64,000 nt of DNA from Patescibacteria group bacterium UBA924 (GTDB taxonomy: Bacteria; Patescibacteriota; Microgenomatia; UBA1400; PJMF01). Each line of letters opens with the position of its first letter. Position 1 is the stretch's first letter. A program made the position numbers and the translations under genes. The stretch covers positions 3,369 to 67,368 of the forward strand of contig DBDU01000021.1 of assembly GCA_002293725.1 (NCBI GenBank), written 5' to 3'. Of the stretch, positions 1 to 9,492 are shown one piece after another. The notes under the pieces are model-generated. The model was not told the origin of the DNA. It did no database searches and was given only the letters and a program-made list of their open reading frames with translations.

Positions 1-200
1 ATAGAGCCTTTAGCTAAAACTACAGTTTTAAAGGGATTTCTTTCTTCTATAGCCGTAACTTGATAAGGATATGTAACATCCCTTCCTTCAAGATTATGAA
101 CAGTAAACTTCAGTTCAAACGGAGTATTGAAAGTAACGTCCTTCGGCAGCTCTAGATGATCCTCAAAGTACAACTCCGTAAATCTTTCTGGCCTTGGCAT
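1..200 (-). CDS. Hypothetical protein. This is only the 5' part of the gene, which continues upstream of the window.
   Basis: The reverse complement of 1..200 translates from ATG (revcomp of cat at 198-200) as MPRPERFTELYFEDHLELPKDVTFNTPFELKFTVHNLEGRDVTYPYQVTAIEERNPFKTVVLAKGS with no stop before the window edge. It is absent from the ORF track because it is truncated. Confidence 0.3.
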   Translation of the reverse strand, partial: MPRPERFTELYFEDHLELPKDVTFNTPFELKFTVHNLEGRDVTYPYQVTAIEERNPFKTVVLAKGS

Positions 201-350
201 CACTGCCGACAACAAAATACCTCTTCCTGGAAGGAAGAGTGTCACAGCAACCGCAACCAGGATCCCCACAAAAATATAAAAGAAAACCCACGAGAGAATA
301 CGCTCAGGCATTGATCTATTGTAACGCATTATTCTTCGTATTCTCGAAAG

Positions 351-1358
351 TTAGAGCACATTTGATCTATCTTTTACCCGTCTATACTGTTCCGGCACAT
401 AACTTTCTACATGAGCAAAAACTTCTTTTTGAAGCATCTGAGCAAAATCAGTTGTACTCAACTCATCAGAAGATCTCTTAAAGATTAGCTGGTGCATGTA
501 AGAAAATCCAATCTCCATGAGATGATGCTGACGTGAGCTACCCCAATTAGTAGTGATGTAGGCTTCAGCAATTCTCAGGGGAATTTTAATATGAGTTAAG
601 CTCAAGAATACCCAAGATATTTCTGCTGCCCTTTGAAAACGAGCGAGCATTTCTTCATCAGCTATTCCTAAATGAAGGATATCTCGTGCTGTTTGTATCC
701 TTTCTCCAATTACTCCCCAGCTGATACTCTTCCTCATTTCTAAGTGATCGCTGTCAGTTATAGCGGGCAAGTCTTTTGCCAGCTGTAGATACGCCTTCAT
801 CGCAACTGCTTCTTTCTGTATAAAAATACGATGTAAGAACTTTACATTTCTTTTTTGAAAAGCATCTAAGACTTCATTCGTGTATACATGTAACGCTCCT
901 CTTTGACGTAACGATCTCCAGGCAGCCAGCATTTGCCGTTCATTTGACAATTGATTGTAACGATCAACTTTGCCTACCATTTCTGGTGGAAAAAGCACTA
1001 CTCTTCGCTGTCCTCGAGCAAGAGCAGGGTAGTGAGTCTTCCAATCAGGCTCAATAGCATTTAAGTGCCTAAAGACTGTCGCTTTAGTCAACTTCAAACG
1101 AGCTGCTATTTCCATCGCAGACAGGTGACCAGTGTCTTTGTACTCTGTTACTTTTTCGGGAGGGAGAAGCTGTAACTGCTGGACTAGTGCAGCTTGAAGT
1201 TCTACAGAGAGCATTTCTGCTTCGTTATACTCGACCAATTCAATGGGTAGATCCTGAATACCCAACTTTGTTAATGCTGTCTTTACTCTAGCTCTGCCCA
1301 CTTTCATCTCTCGCATAAAGGCGAAGAGTGTTTTAGTTCTCGATTCAACAGGTATCAC
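351..1358 (-). CDS. Helix-turn-helix domain protein of unknown function, possibly a regulator.
   Basis: 335-aa ORF. A central HTH-like segment (SAMEIAARLKLTKATVFRHL) is recognisable. No other motif recognised. It is divergent from the giant surface-protein gene. Confidence 0.45.
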   Translation of the reverse strand: MIPVESRTKTLFAFMREMKVGRARVKTALTKLGIQDLPIELVEYNEAEMLSVELQAALVQQLQLLPPEKVTEYKDTGHLSAMEIAARLKLTKATVFRHLNAIEPDWKTHYPALARGQRRVVLFPPEMVGKVDRYNQLSNERQMLAAWRSLRQRGALHVYTNEVLDAFQKRNVKFLHRIFIQKEAVAMKAYLQLAKDLPAITDSDHLEMRKSISWGVIGERIQTARDILHLGIADEEMLARFQRAAEISWVFLSLTHIKIPLRIAEAYITTNWGSSRQHHLMEIGFSYMHQLIFKRSSDELSTTDFAQMLQKEVFAHVESYVPEQYRRVKDRSNVL

Positions 1359-1455
1359 GATAGTTATTTCTCTATGTAATTTAGTATCTAATTCGTATTG
1401 AATTCCAGACTAAAATTACCTATTCTTAGTAAACTGATAGCTTTGAATTAATCCT

Positions 1456-4400
1456 GTGACTATAGATACTTCTTTTACTCCGCTCAGTTGTGTTCGTTCG
1501 TTCATTCTTCGAATATGGTTCAGCTGCATTATAGCTTTTGGCTTATTGGTGGTGTCCGTAGCTCAAGTGCAAGCCGCTACACTTTATTGGGTAGGGAATG
1601 ACGGAGCAAATGCTTCTGTTGCTACTAATTGGATGACTACCAATCCCTCCGGGTGTGGACCTGGAGACTCTCTGACTGCACCTACTAGTGCTGATACCAT
1701 CATTTTTGATGCAGACTGTGATAATGGGGCAACGATAGATACTGGTTTTACGGCAACAGTAAATACGGTTAACGTCAACACAGGATATAGCGGAACAATC
1801 TCTCAAGCCCGAGATCTCTCTATATCAAATACATTCACCACAAGTGGGGGAACGTGGAATGTTGGCAACCATGCTTTCGCCGTAACGGGTGGTTTTAGCA
1901 TGAACACCGGGTCTGTCTTTGTCTCATCAAGTTCTACTGCCAACTTCGCCAACAGCTTCAATGTATTTGGGGGAACATTCACTCATAACTCGGGAACCTT
2001 GAACTTTTCAGGTAGCGGAGGTGCAATTAACTGTAATGGCATCGGACTCAACTTAGTAACTTTTGTTGGACAAACCGGCACGAAAGCAGTTTCTGCTAAC
2101 TGTAACTTACCTTTGGGAACTAATCCGACCATTCCTCAAGCCATTAACTTAACAGGAACTTTAAGCGGATCAGGAACGCTGACTGTCTCAGCAGGAACCT
2201 TTCATGTTATGAATGGTGGAAGTCTTAGTGGCTTTACAGACATTGTTTTGAATGGTGGACTCACTTTGAGTGCCACTACAAGCAATAATAATTTTGACTT
2301 AAGTGCGTTTAACTCCGTCGATCTCAATGGTGGACTAACAGCAAACACCCCAACGAATCCATTTAATAACTCTCTCAAGGCACCTGCTAGTTTTAGTGTC
2401 TCCGGAAACTTCTCACTTAACAGCGGAGTTTCTTACGATGCGAACAACGGCACTCTCATTTTTGATGGAGGCTCTGCCAACTTGTCATGTAACGGTGTGG
2501 TATTTCATGCTGTAAGTTTTACGGGTCAAACGAGTACCAAAACTATTAACAATAACTGTGAACTCCCACTCGGAAATGATCCGGTCATTCCAAATGGCAT
2601 CATCCTCAATGGTGGTCGCTTAACTGGCACCGGTCTACTTACATTCCAGAACTCGCTAACTTATCAGAATGGAGCCTCGTTGGGAGGATTTAGCGGCTTG
2701 GCGGTAAACATCACTTTAACCATGAATGCAGCTACAACCAATACTAGCTTGGACTTAGGAAGCTACTCACCTGTAACCATTGGAAATAGCTTCATCATGA
2801 ATGCACCCACGAATCCGTATACATTGAACTTTACCGCTCCTTCCAACCTCATGGTGGTGGCCACAAACTTCACTATTAATGGCGGTACTTTTACTCATAA
2901 CAATGGAACTCTCCGCTTCACTCATAATGGTTCTGGAACGATTAGTTGCAACAACACACCGTTTCATCTCGTTCAGATAGCGCCAATGGGAAATACCAAA
3001 ACCATTAGTTCTAACTGTACTTTGCCATTAGGTGATAATCCGTCACTGACCTCAAACGCAAACTACAATATTAACGGAAGACTAACTGGCTCCGGTACAT
3101 TAACTATTCCTGGTAACGGGACAACGGTAACCTTTGGGAGTGGCTCTGATTTAGACGGCTTTAGTGCAGTAGTCTTTAATAACAATAATGTGACCATTAA
3201 TGGTGGCACTCTAAACACTGCTGACTTTCCTACTTTCACAATGAGTACTACTCGTAACTTCACGGTTACCACAGGTAACATTACCTTGCCAGATAACGCT
3301 ACCCTAGGAAATGTCATCATTAACGGAGGAGCTTTTACCGCACCTGCAGGTAACCTTTCCGTTTACGGCAACTGGACAAACTCAGGCGGAACTTTTGCTC
3401 ACAACAACGGAACCGTTGTGCTAAGTGGAAATGCGCAAACAGTAAATGGCTCTACGACTTTTTATGGCCTCAATAAAACAGTTACTCCAGCTACAACCCA
3501 ACCATTACTCACTTTTGCTGCAGGTAGTACACAAACCATTGTAGGTCCTTGGACACTGTGGGGAAATGGAGCCACTTTATCTCTACGCTCTTCTATTGAT
3601 GGGACGCAATGGAACATTAATCCTCAAGGCGAAACCACACTTTACAATCTGAGTGTAAAGGATAGTCACAACGTGTCGGCAGAAGATGTTGGAGGTGGTG
3701 GACTTATCGATGACGGAAACAATACAGGGTGGAACTTTGTGGCTCCCACCATTGATAATTTAGGTCCACCCAATAAGGTCGATGGAAGTGTGACTACTGA
3801 ACATCAACCCTCACTGACTTTTACAACTGCAGCCACAGATCCACTTATTCCTTTGCGGTATCGTATTCAAGTTTTTAACAATCCAAGCTTTACTAACCCA
3901 ATCATTGATTATACTTCCGACCTACGCACCCAAGGAAGTCAAACCTTTACCGTCGGTCAAGCTGTAGGAACTGGGAGTTATACTGTTGGTTTCAGTGGCC
4001 AACAGCTTTACTATGACACTTACTACTGGCAGGTACAAAGTATTGATCAAACGAACTCTGCTTCAATTTTTCTGCGTGCCAATGCTGGAAACGTAGCCTT
4101 CCAAGTCATTCCTCAGCAAGGCAACTTTACTCTGAGTACAACACAACCCTCAATTGGCCAAGATTTGACAGTTACGGGACATAGCCTAATCCCCAATCAC
4201 ACCTACTATCTTTTTAATAGCAGTGGTGGACCAGTTAAAAACTATACTGCTACTACATACCAGAGCGAGTCGGCAACTCTTTTTAGTACTACGCAAACTT
4301 TTAATAGTGACGCTGGAAGAGATAACTTTTCGCATGCATTCACTGAGTTCGATAACGTCCTCGTTTTACTACGTTACTATGACGACGTCAGTGCGTCACC

Positions 4401-6897
4401 CCTCTTCAATATCGCCGCAAGCACGATTTCTTTTGTAAACGGGAATGTTACGGCTGAAACAGTGCCTGTTAATAGTGAGGGAACATCGTCGTGGATTGTC
4501 TGGAATCATGTATTTAACAAAAGTACTGGCACCCCAGCTGATGGATGGGCCTTTGAGAAAATTGCTAATAATGTCTACTTCAATCAGCAGGCGAAATACC
4601 CAATGTGGGCTGTGACAACAGATAGCACAGGAGGTTTTCAAAAAACTATTTCGTCACCTCGCACACAAAGCAATCGCAATGATTTGACATTCACCTTTGA
4701 ACTTCTTAATCCAAGTGACAGCAGTCGAGATACGGTAGGAACGATTACACTTCAACCTAACTATCAAAATGCACGAAGTGTAGCCAATATGTTACGGCTT
4801 CACTACATTGATATCAGACCAGAATATCTTGATCAGGGAGGAGGAGGCCTCTTTGCCAACCTTGTCTATAACGACACCTTGGCTAGTAACTTTATAGATT
4901 GGGATAACGGATTTATCGGTGGCATTTTTCATCTCTTTGGCAGAGACGACTTACGTACTGCAACTGCATATCGTTTACGAGAAACAATCCGTCAGGGTGT
5001 TGGTGTTAATAACTTGTACTGCAACTTTATTAGTCAAAATAACTACACAGATTGTGCGTTTGCTGCATGGGTAACGGTAATACCAGTATACGAACAAAAC
5101 CATGATCCACTGCTCAGACAGGCCATGGTCGATATTCTTGATTACACCATGTTGGGGTACAACCCTACCTATAACAACTTTGCACATACCCCTGGAACAG
5201 TCTTTTGGATTGATGCAGCCGGTGGAAAACCCCAGTTCTACTGGTACATGGCAGAGTTACTAGGAGATGACATCTACAAAACACATGCTCGACGAATGAT
5301 CAACTTTATTATTGATACCATGCAGGATTCGCAAGGGTGGTTTAATGGCCGATACAACTTTGCTAACGGCACATTTACCCAGACTTACTGGAGTGGAGCA
5401 CAGGGCTGGGCAGGTGTGGGGCTCTTAGAGTTCCGCGACATCATCAAAAACGATAGTGCTGAACAAGCACTCGTCGATAAGATTAATACGTCGTTAGAAA
5501 AGTTTGCTGATAATATGGCTAGTCGTCCTATTGCTGATCTGGAGGATGACAGCCGTAGACGCTCTTACATCGCATATGCCTTGCTCTGGCTAGCCAACGA
5601 CCCAATTTTTCCAGTAGCTAAGCGTCAAGTTTGGCAACAGCGGGGTGATCAACTTCTGCTTAACGCGTTTCAATCCATGAATGCTTCCACTGCGCAATTA
5701 AATCAATATGGCTTAACTTTCTATAGTAACTTTGCCCAGTCGTTTCCTGACTACTACATGTTAAAACTTCTGCATCAGTTCTATCCAGACACTGAGTTCT
5801 TCCCAAATAGTACAGGACAAACATATACATTTAGTGATCCAACGAGAAACCATAGTATTTATCAAGCCTATGTAACGAGTTCCACTTCCATTGATTGGGT
5901 TCCTAGCTCAACATTCGGGATGAATGCCCAGGTGGAGCAGACACGTTTTGTGGGGAGTTCACAACCAGACCAAATCATTAAGTTTGAAAAACGAGATATG
6001 ACTGTTACTCCAAATCTAGGAGATGTGGGAGTTACTGTTCTTCAGTGGCAAGAAAACCTTCGCGAATGGCGGATGACTAGTAGCGGCAACCCGTACCCAA
6101 GAGCAGTCATCTCTTTTAGTGGCTTAAAGGCAAATACTTACTATCAATTCAATAGAGGAAACCAAGTTCTACAGTTACTTCCTACTGATAGTGATGGAAC
6201 ACTCACTTTTTCCTACGTTGGGGGAAATTATGATGATATCTTTTCGTTAACCGAAGGGAGTCCACCTCCACCAACTGACACACCATCACTGCCTGCCGCT
6301 CCAGGATGCTCAGCAGAAAGACCAACATCAGCACCTGATCTTTTCCAGATCAATGCGCAGTCAAACAGCGTTCGTCTATTCTTTACTCCTATCACAAATA
6401 ATCGTTCCTACTACTCTGTCAGCTACGGGACCAGTTCTGATCAGCCAGAATACGGTGTTGAGTTTAGTAATGATCAAGATGGAGTTATCAGCGTAGACAT
6501 TCTTGACTTGAAACCGAATACCACCTACTACTTCAAAGTTAGAGCTGGAAATGGCTGCATGCCGGGAGACTGGTCAAATGAACTAGCAGTCAAAACGGGC
6601 CAGCGAGTACCTAGTTTTAAACTCCTTTCACTTCCTAAAGTTTTCACTCAACTCAATCAATGGTCCGACAAAACGGTAACACTCACAACTCACGCCAGTA
6701 CCAGTGATTCAGATACTACTCTCCCCGTTATTACTGACTTAACCACTGAGTCAACCAACAATGACTCTCCTACACAAGAAACAACTTTTGAAACAGATCG
6801 AAATCCTCAAAGGTCACCTAACTTCTTCCAACGTATTGGGGAGTTTTTTAGACACATCTTTCAACAAGTAACACAACCATTTGCTCCTGCCCAATGA
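1456..6897 (+). CDS. Giant secreted or surface protein (1813 aa). It has an N-terminal signal/anchor, about four tandem roughly 150-aa Gly/Asn/Thr-rich beta-helix-like repeats, a fibronectin-III-like module and a Ser/Thr-rich C-terminal tail.
   Basis: Hydrophobic N-terminus (FSCIIAFGLLVVSVAQVQA). Repeated blocks GGTFTHNxGTLxF...SCNG...F..V.FTGQTxTK.I..NC.LPLG.NP.IP...LNG.LTGSGTLT recur at least three times, with a degenerate fourth. A FN3-like segment (NTTYYFKVRAGNGCMPGDWSNELAVKT) follows. The C-terminus is T/S-rich. Confidence 0.7.
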   Translation: MTIDTSFTPLSCVRSFILRIWFSCIIAFGLLVVSVAQVQAATLYWVGNDGANASVATNWMTTNPSGCGPGDSLTAPTSADTIIFDADCDNGATIDTGFTATVNTVNVNTGYSGTISQARDLSISNTFTTSGGTWNVGNHAFAVTGGFSMNTGSVFVSSSSTANFANSFNVFGGTFTHNSGTLNFSGSGGAINCNGIGLNLVTFVGQTGTKAVSANCNLPLGTNPTIPQAINLTGTLSGSGTLTVSAGTFHVMNGGSLSGFTDIVLNGGLTLSATTSNNNFDLSAFNSVDLNGGLTANTPTNPFNNSLKAPASFSVSGNFSLNSGVSYDANNGTLIFDGGSANLSCNGVVFHAVSFTGQTSTKTINNNCELPLGNDPVIPNGIILNGGRLTGTGLLTFQNSLTYQNGASLGGFSGLAVNITLTMNAATTNTSLDLGSYSPVTIGNSFIMNAPTNPYTLNFTAPSNLMVVATNFTINGGTFTHNNGTLRFTHNGSGTISCNNTPFHLVQIAPMGNTKTISSNCTLPLGDNPSLTSNANYNINGRLTGSGTLTIPGNGTTVTFGSGSDLDGFSAVVFNNNNVTINGGTLNTADFPTFTMSTTRNFTVTTGNITLPDNATLGNVIINGGAFTAPAGNLSVYGNWTNSGGTFAHNNGTVVLSGNAQTVNGSTTFYGLNKTVTPATTQPLLTFAAGSTQTIVGPWTLWGNGATLSLRSSIDGTQWNINPQGETTLYNLSVKDSHNVSAEDVGGGGLIDDGNNTGWNFVAPTIDNLGPPNKVDGSVTTEHQPSLTFTTAATDPLIPLRYRIQVFNNPSFTNPIIDYTSDLRTQGSQTFTVGQAVGTGSYTVGFSGQQLYYDTYYWQVQSIDQTNSASIFLRANAGNVAFQVIPQQGNFTLSTTQPSIGQDLTVTGHSLIPNHTYYLFNSSGGPVKNYTATTYQSESATLFSTTQTFNSDAGRDNFSHAFTEFDNVLVLLRYYDDVSASPLFNIAASTISFVNGNVTAETVPVNSEGTSSWIVWNHVFNKSTGTPADGWAFEKIANNVYFNQQAKYPMWAVTTDSTGGFQKTISSPRTQSNRNDLTFTFELLNPSDSSRDTVGTITLQPNYQNARSVANMLRLHYIDIRPEYLDQGGGGLFANLVYNDTLASNFIDWDNGFIGGIFHLFGRDDLRTATAYRLRETIRQGVGVNNLYCNFISQNNYTDCAFAAWVTVIPVYEQNHDPLLRQAMVDILDYTMLGYNPTYNNFAHTPGTVFWIDAAGGKPQFYWYMAELLGDDIYKTHARRMINFIIDTMQDSQGWFNGRYNFANGTFTQTYWSGAQGWAGVGLLEFRDIIKNDSAEQALVDKINTSLEKFADNMASRPIADLEDDSRRRSYIAYALLWLANDPIFPVAKRQVWQQRGDQLLLNAFQSMNASTAQLNQYGLTFYSNFAQSFPDYYMLKLLHQFYPDTEFFPNSTGQTYTFSDPTRNHSIYQAYVTSSTSIDWVPSSTFGMNAQVEQTRFVGSSQPDQIIKFEKRDMTVTPNLGDVGVTVLQWQENLREWRMTSSGNPYPRAVISFSGLKANTYYQFNRGNQVLQLLPTDSDGTLTFSYVGGNYDDIFSLTEGSPPPPTDTPSLPAAPGCSAERPTSAPDLFQINAQSNSVRLFFTPITNNRSYYSVSYGTSSDQPEYGVEFSNDQDGVISVDILDLKPNTTYYFKVRAGNGCMPGDWSNELAVKTGQRVPSFKLLSLPKVFTQLNQWSDKTVTLTTHASTSDSDTTLPVITDLTTESTNNDSPTQETTFETDRNPQRSPNFFQRIGEFFRHIFQQVTQPFAPAQ

Positions 6898-6934
6898 GCA
6901 GTATCGCTATCAGCAAAAGTGAAGTTACACAAGC

Positions 6935-7906
6935 TTACTCTTCCGGAAAGTAACGTCTTCTTATTCTTTCAATGACTCGGTTCAAGGTATTGCGAAGCCG
7001 GGCAGTCTCAACACCGGCGAGCTCAGCAGCTTCTTTAAAGTCAACCTCTCCGGGTGCTAACAGCTGGGCGATAGCTTGTCTCACTTTAAAATGAACATGA
7101 GGCTTCTGCATTGACTCTTCCAAGAAACCCAGGGCTTGATATCCCAGCATCAACTCATCTAACTCTTCGCGGCTGACAACAGAGTCAGGCACATCTTCAC
7201 TCATTGTTTCCCACGACTCCGTGTTTACCAAGTCAAATGTCTGTTTGAGTTTTCGAGCCGTTGCAGCAGCCTGGCGTGTGACCCGATACAGCTCTCCCAT
7301 TCTAAGAGAAGGGAAGTAGCTATGAAGCTGTGCTCGCGTCTCCGAACGTTTATCGTAGTCATACCACGAGCCCAAAATACTAAGTACCGCTTTGCGATCC
7401 TCCACAGAAAGTGAAAGTTGTGCATGGCTCTCCAGTCGCTGAACCGCAATAATCGGAAAGATCTCCATTGCCATTGGAAACTCCGCGTCCTCAGGTTTGG
7501 CTTCATTGACTTCAGCGACGGCACTTTCCATAAGGGCAATCGAAGCCAACGACATGTCTCCGATCCCATGAGCGTGCGCAGTGTATTCAGCAAAAGCTGC
7601 GGATGCTAACCGTCGTAGAAGGGGAGGGAGAGAGTCAGTGCTAAGCTCGGTGGGTTGCACGTCAGGACTAAGCAAGAAAGCGTACACTTTGGCCGTGGCT
7701 TCTTGAGCTAAATCAGGCACAGAGTCTGCTCCCATGCCGTGTTTGTCTGCATACTGCAAGGCATATCTTTCCAAAGTAGGACGATAGGCAAGAATAAACT
7801 GATCTACTGCAGCTTGAACTTCCGGTTGAGATGCCTCAGGTTGGCGATGCGCTGCAATCACGTCCGCCAGTAAAGGAATGTGAGGAAAACGATGTCTTTC
7901 TGTCAT
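6935..7906 (-). CDS. ECF-type sigma-70 family protein homologue with a long linker or extension.
   Basis: The N-terminal segment (VDQFILAYRPTLERYALQYADKHGMGADSVPDLAQEATAKVYAFL) resembles ECF sigma region 2.1-2.2 (LYRYAL....DAEDLVQETF). The C-terminal HTH (FKEAAELAGVETARLRNTLNRVIERIRRRY) resembles region 4.2. The gene looks GC-richer than its neighbours by eye. Confidence 0.45.
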   Translation of the reverse strand: MTERHRFPHIPLLADVIAAHRQPEASQPEVQAAVDQFILAYRPTLERYALQYADKHGMGADSVPDLAQEATAKVYAFLLSPDVQPTELSTDSLPPLLRRLASAAFAEYTAHAHGIGDMSLASIALMESAVAEVNEAKPEDAEFPMAMEIFPIIAVQRLESHAQLSLSVEDRKAVLSILGSWYDYDKRSETRAQLHSYFPSLRMGELYRVTRQAAATARKLKQTFDLVNTESWETMSEDVPDSVVSREELDELMLGYQALGFLEESMQKPHVHFKVRQAIAQLLAPGEVDFKEAAELAGVETARLRNTLNRVIERIRRRYFPEE

Positions 7907-8024
7907 AAAAGTTGAGCGGATACGGCACCCTCCCGGTATTAGCCATGCGTTTAGTCAAACAAAGTCTTCTATCTCTTAATGTCGCTTGGCGGCAGAATCG
8001 AAAGTGTCCGTTTCGAATGTATCA

Positions 8025-8052
8025 CTCAGAAAAATATGGCCCTCCGGCCAAT
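8025..8052 (-). terminator. Hairpin (GGCC CTCC GGCC) plus T-run immediately downstream of tRNA-Gly on the minus strand.
   Basis: Plus strand reads ggccctccggccaatttttc. Read on the minus strand, this is a GC stem-loop followed by a U-tract directly after the tRNA 3' end. Confidence 0.4.
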
Positions 8053-8059
8053 TTTTCTG

Positions 8060-8130
8060 AGCGGGATACGGGAATCGAACCCGCTTCTCATCCTTGGGAA
8101 GGATGCATACTACCAGTGTACTAATCCCGC
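8060..8130 (-). tRNA. tRNA-Gly (anticodon CCC).
   Basis: Reverse complement is GCGGGAT TA GTAC ACTGGTA GTAT G CATCC TTCCCAA GGATG AGAA GCGGG TTCGATT CCCGT ATCCCGC T. All four arms pair. The anticodon loop is TTCCCAA. CCA is not encoded. Confidence 0.85.
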
Positions 8131-8231
8131 ACGTGGTAACGCCTGCGAGTATACAAAACTTTGGCTGGTTTTGTCGAACAAACTTGACTACTTCTCGCTG
8201 TTTTGCTTTTTCTGTACACTAAGTAAGCGAG

Positions 8232-9488
8232 ATGCAAGCCCAGAAAACCAACACCTTGCCAATTCCTACCTATATGATTGCACTGCTGTTTTACGCAGTC
8301 ATTATTTTCTTCGTTCAGCTGTCAGACGGAATCATGTCCTATATTGCTCCGGTCTTTATCGAAGATAAAGTTCAGAATCCGTTGATCATGGGCGCAATTC
8401 TTTCTAGTTCATCAATTTTTGGCATCATCTGTGACGCGCTCTTTCCCAACTTGTTCCGCGCCAAGCGTCATCTTTTTTTCTTGTGGAACACGATTATTAT
8501 TGCCTCGCTCTTCCCGGTCATCTTTTTGTTTTTCCCTCACATCATCCCTAGCTTCATCTTGGCGATGGCGATTTGGGGTGTTTACTTCGAGTTCATGTTG
8601 TTTTCTAACTCGTACTTTATTGAAGCATTTATCTCTATTCAGCGTCACGGGCTAGCCTGGGGAGTCATTAGCACTTTCAGAGCTTTGAGTTTATTTATTG
8701 CTCCCTTAATAGCTCCGTACTTACTGGATAAAGGGAATCACCATCCGTTGATTATGTCGATCATCTTCCTAGCTGTCGGCATGTTGGGGATTTTGATCTT
8801 TAAAAAGTTGTTTCCACACAAAAAACGTGCAGTTATTAATGAAGTCGTCAGCAAACGATATAGCTTTCACAAAGAGCTCGCAATTTGGCGAATTTTATTT
8901 CACAAACTCTGGCCACTCTACATTTTTCTGCTTTCAGCCGTCGTTCTGGAAGCCAGTATGTTCTCCGTTGGCGTGCTGGCCACTGAAGACCTCCGCCAGC
9001 AAAGTGTTTGGGGTGGCTCACTTTTGGCTGCACACGTCTTGCCCAACATTTTTACAGGCTTAATGGTCCAAAAACTGGGCTCTCAACTTGGTAAGAAAAA
9101 GCTGGCTTTTTACGCTGGCGGAATCGGGGGAGTGCTCTTCTTTGTTGCTACACAAATGCCCACACCGATGTTGATGGTTTTAACCGTCTTTGTAGCATCG
9201 TGCTTTACCTCGATCACTTACCCAGCAATTATGGCTGTCATGCAAGACTACGTTAGTCGGTTAGGTAGCTTCGGCAGTGAGATGGTAGGCCTCCAAAACG
9301 CTGCAGGAAGTATGGCGTATATCATCGGCCCCACCTTAGCTGGTGGCCTGAGTTTATTCTTCGGCAACGTACCGACCATCGGCATGATTGGATTACTCTT
9401 CGGGCTAGTCTCTTTGTTGAACGTCTTGATCGTGCCCCGCAAAATTAAGATGCCACAAAAGGCCCTCATTGGACTACCCATTGAGTAG
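8232..9488 (+). CDS. Major facilitator superfamily (MFS)-type transporter.
   Basis: 418 aa with about 12 hydrophobic helices arranged as two six-helix halves, a typical MFS topology. No specific substrate signature recognised. Confidence 0.65.
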   Translation: MQAQKTNTLPIPTYMIALLFYAVIIFFVQLSDGIMSYIAPVFIEDKVQNPLIMGAILSSSSIFGIICDALFPNLFRAKRHLFFLWNTIIIASLFPVIFLFFPHIIPSFILAMAIWGVYFEFMLFSNSYFIEAFISIQRHGLAWGVISTFRALSLFIAPLIAPYLLDKGNHHPLIMSIIFLAVGMLGILIFKKLFPHKKRAVINEVVSKRYSFHKELAIWRILFHKLWPLYIFLLSAVVLEASMFSVGVLATEDLRQQSVWGGSLLAAHVLPNIFTGLMVQKLGSQLGKKKLAFYAGGIGGVLFFVATQMPTPMLMVLTVFVASCFTSITYPAIMAVMQDYVSRLGSFGSEMVGLQNAAGSMAYIIGPTLAGGLSLFFGNVPTIGMIGLLFGLVSLLNVLIVPRKIKMPQKALIGLPIE

Positions 9489-9492
9489 CGGA

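Noticed and set aside
194-481. 95-aa plus-strand ORF at the window start
   Set aside because: It overlaps the 3' end of the 351..1358 gene and the start of the truncated minus-strand gene. Composition is low-complexity, with no SD or motif. Likely spurious.
1543-5187. Short minus- and plus-strand ORFs inside the giant protein gene
   Set aside because: Contained in the 5.4-kb ORF whose repeat structure is preserved in frame. They are by-products of repetitive, codon-biased sequence.
8412-9481. Several 60-80-aa ORFs on both strands inside the MFS transporter gene
   Set aside because: Fully contained within a long, topologically coherent membrane-protein ORF. No independent signals.
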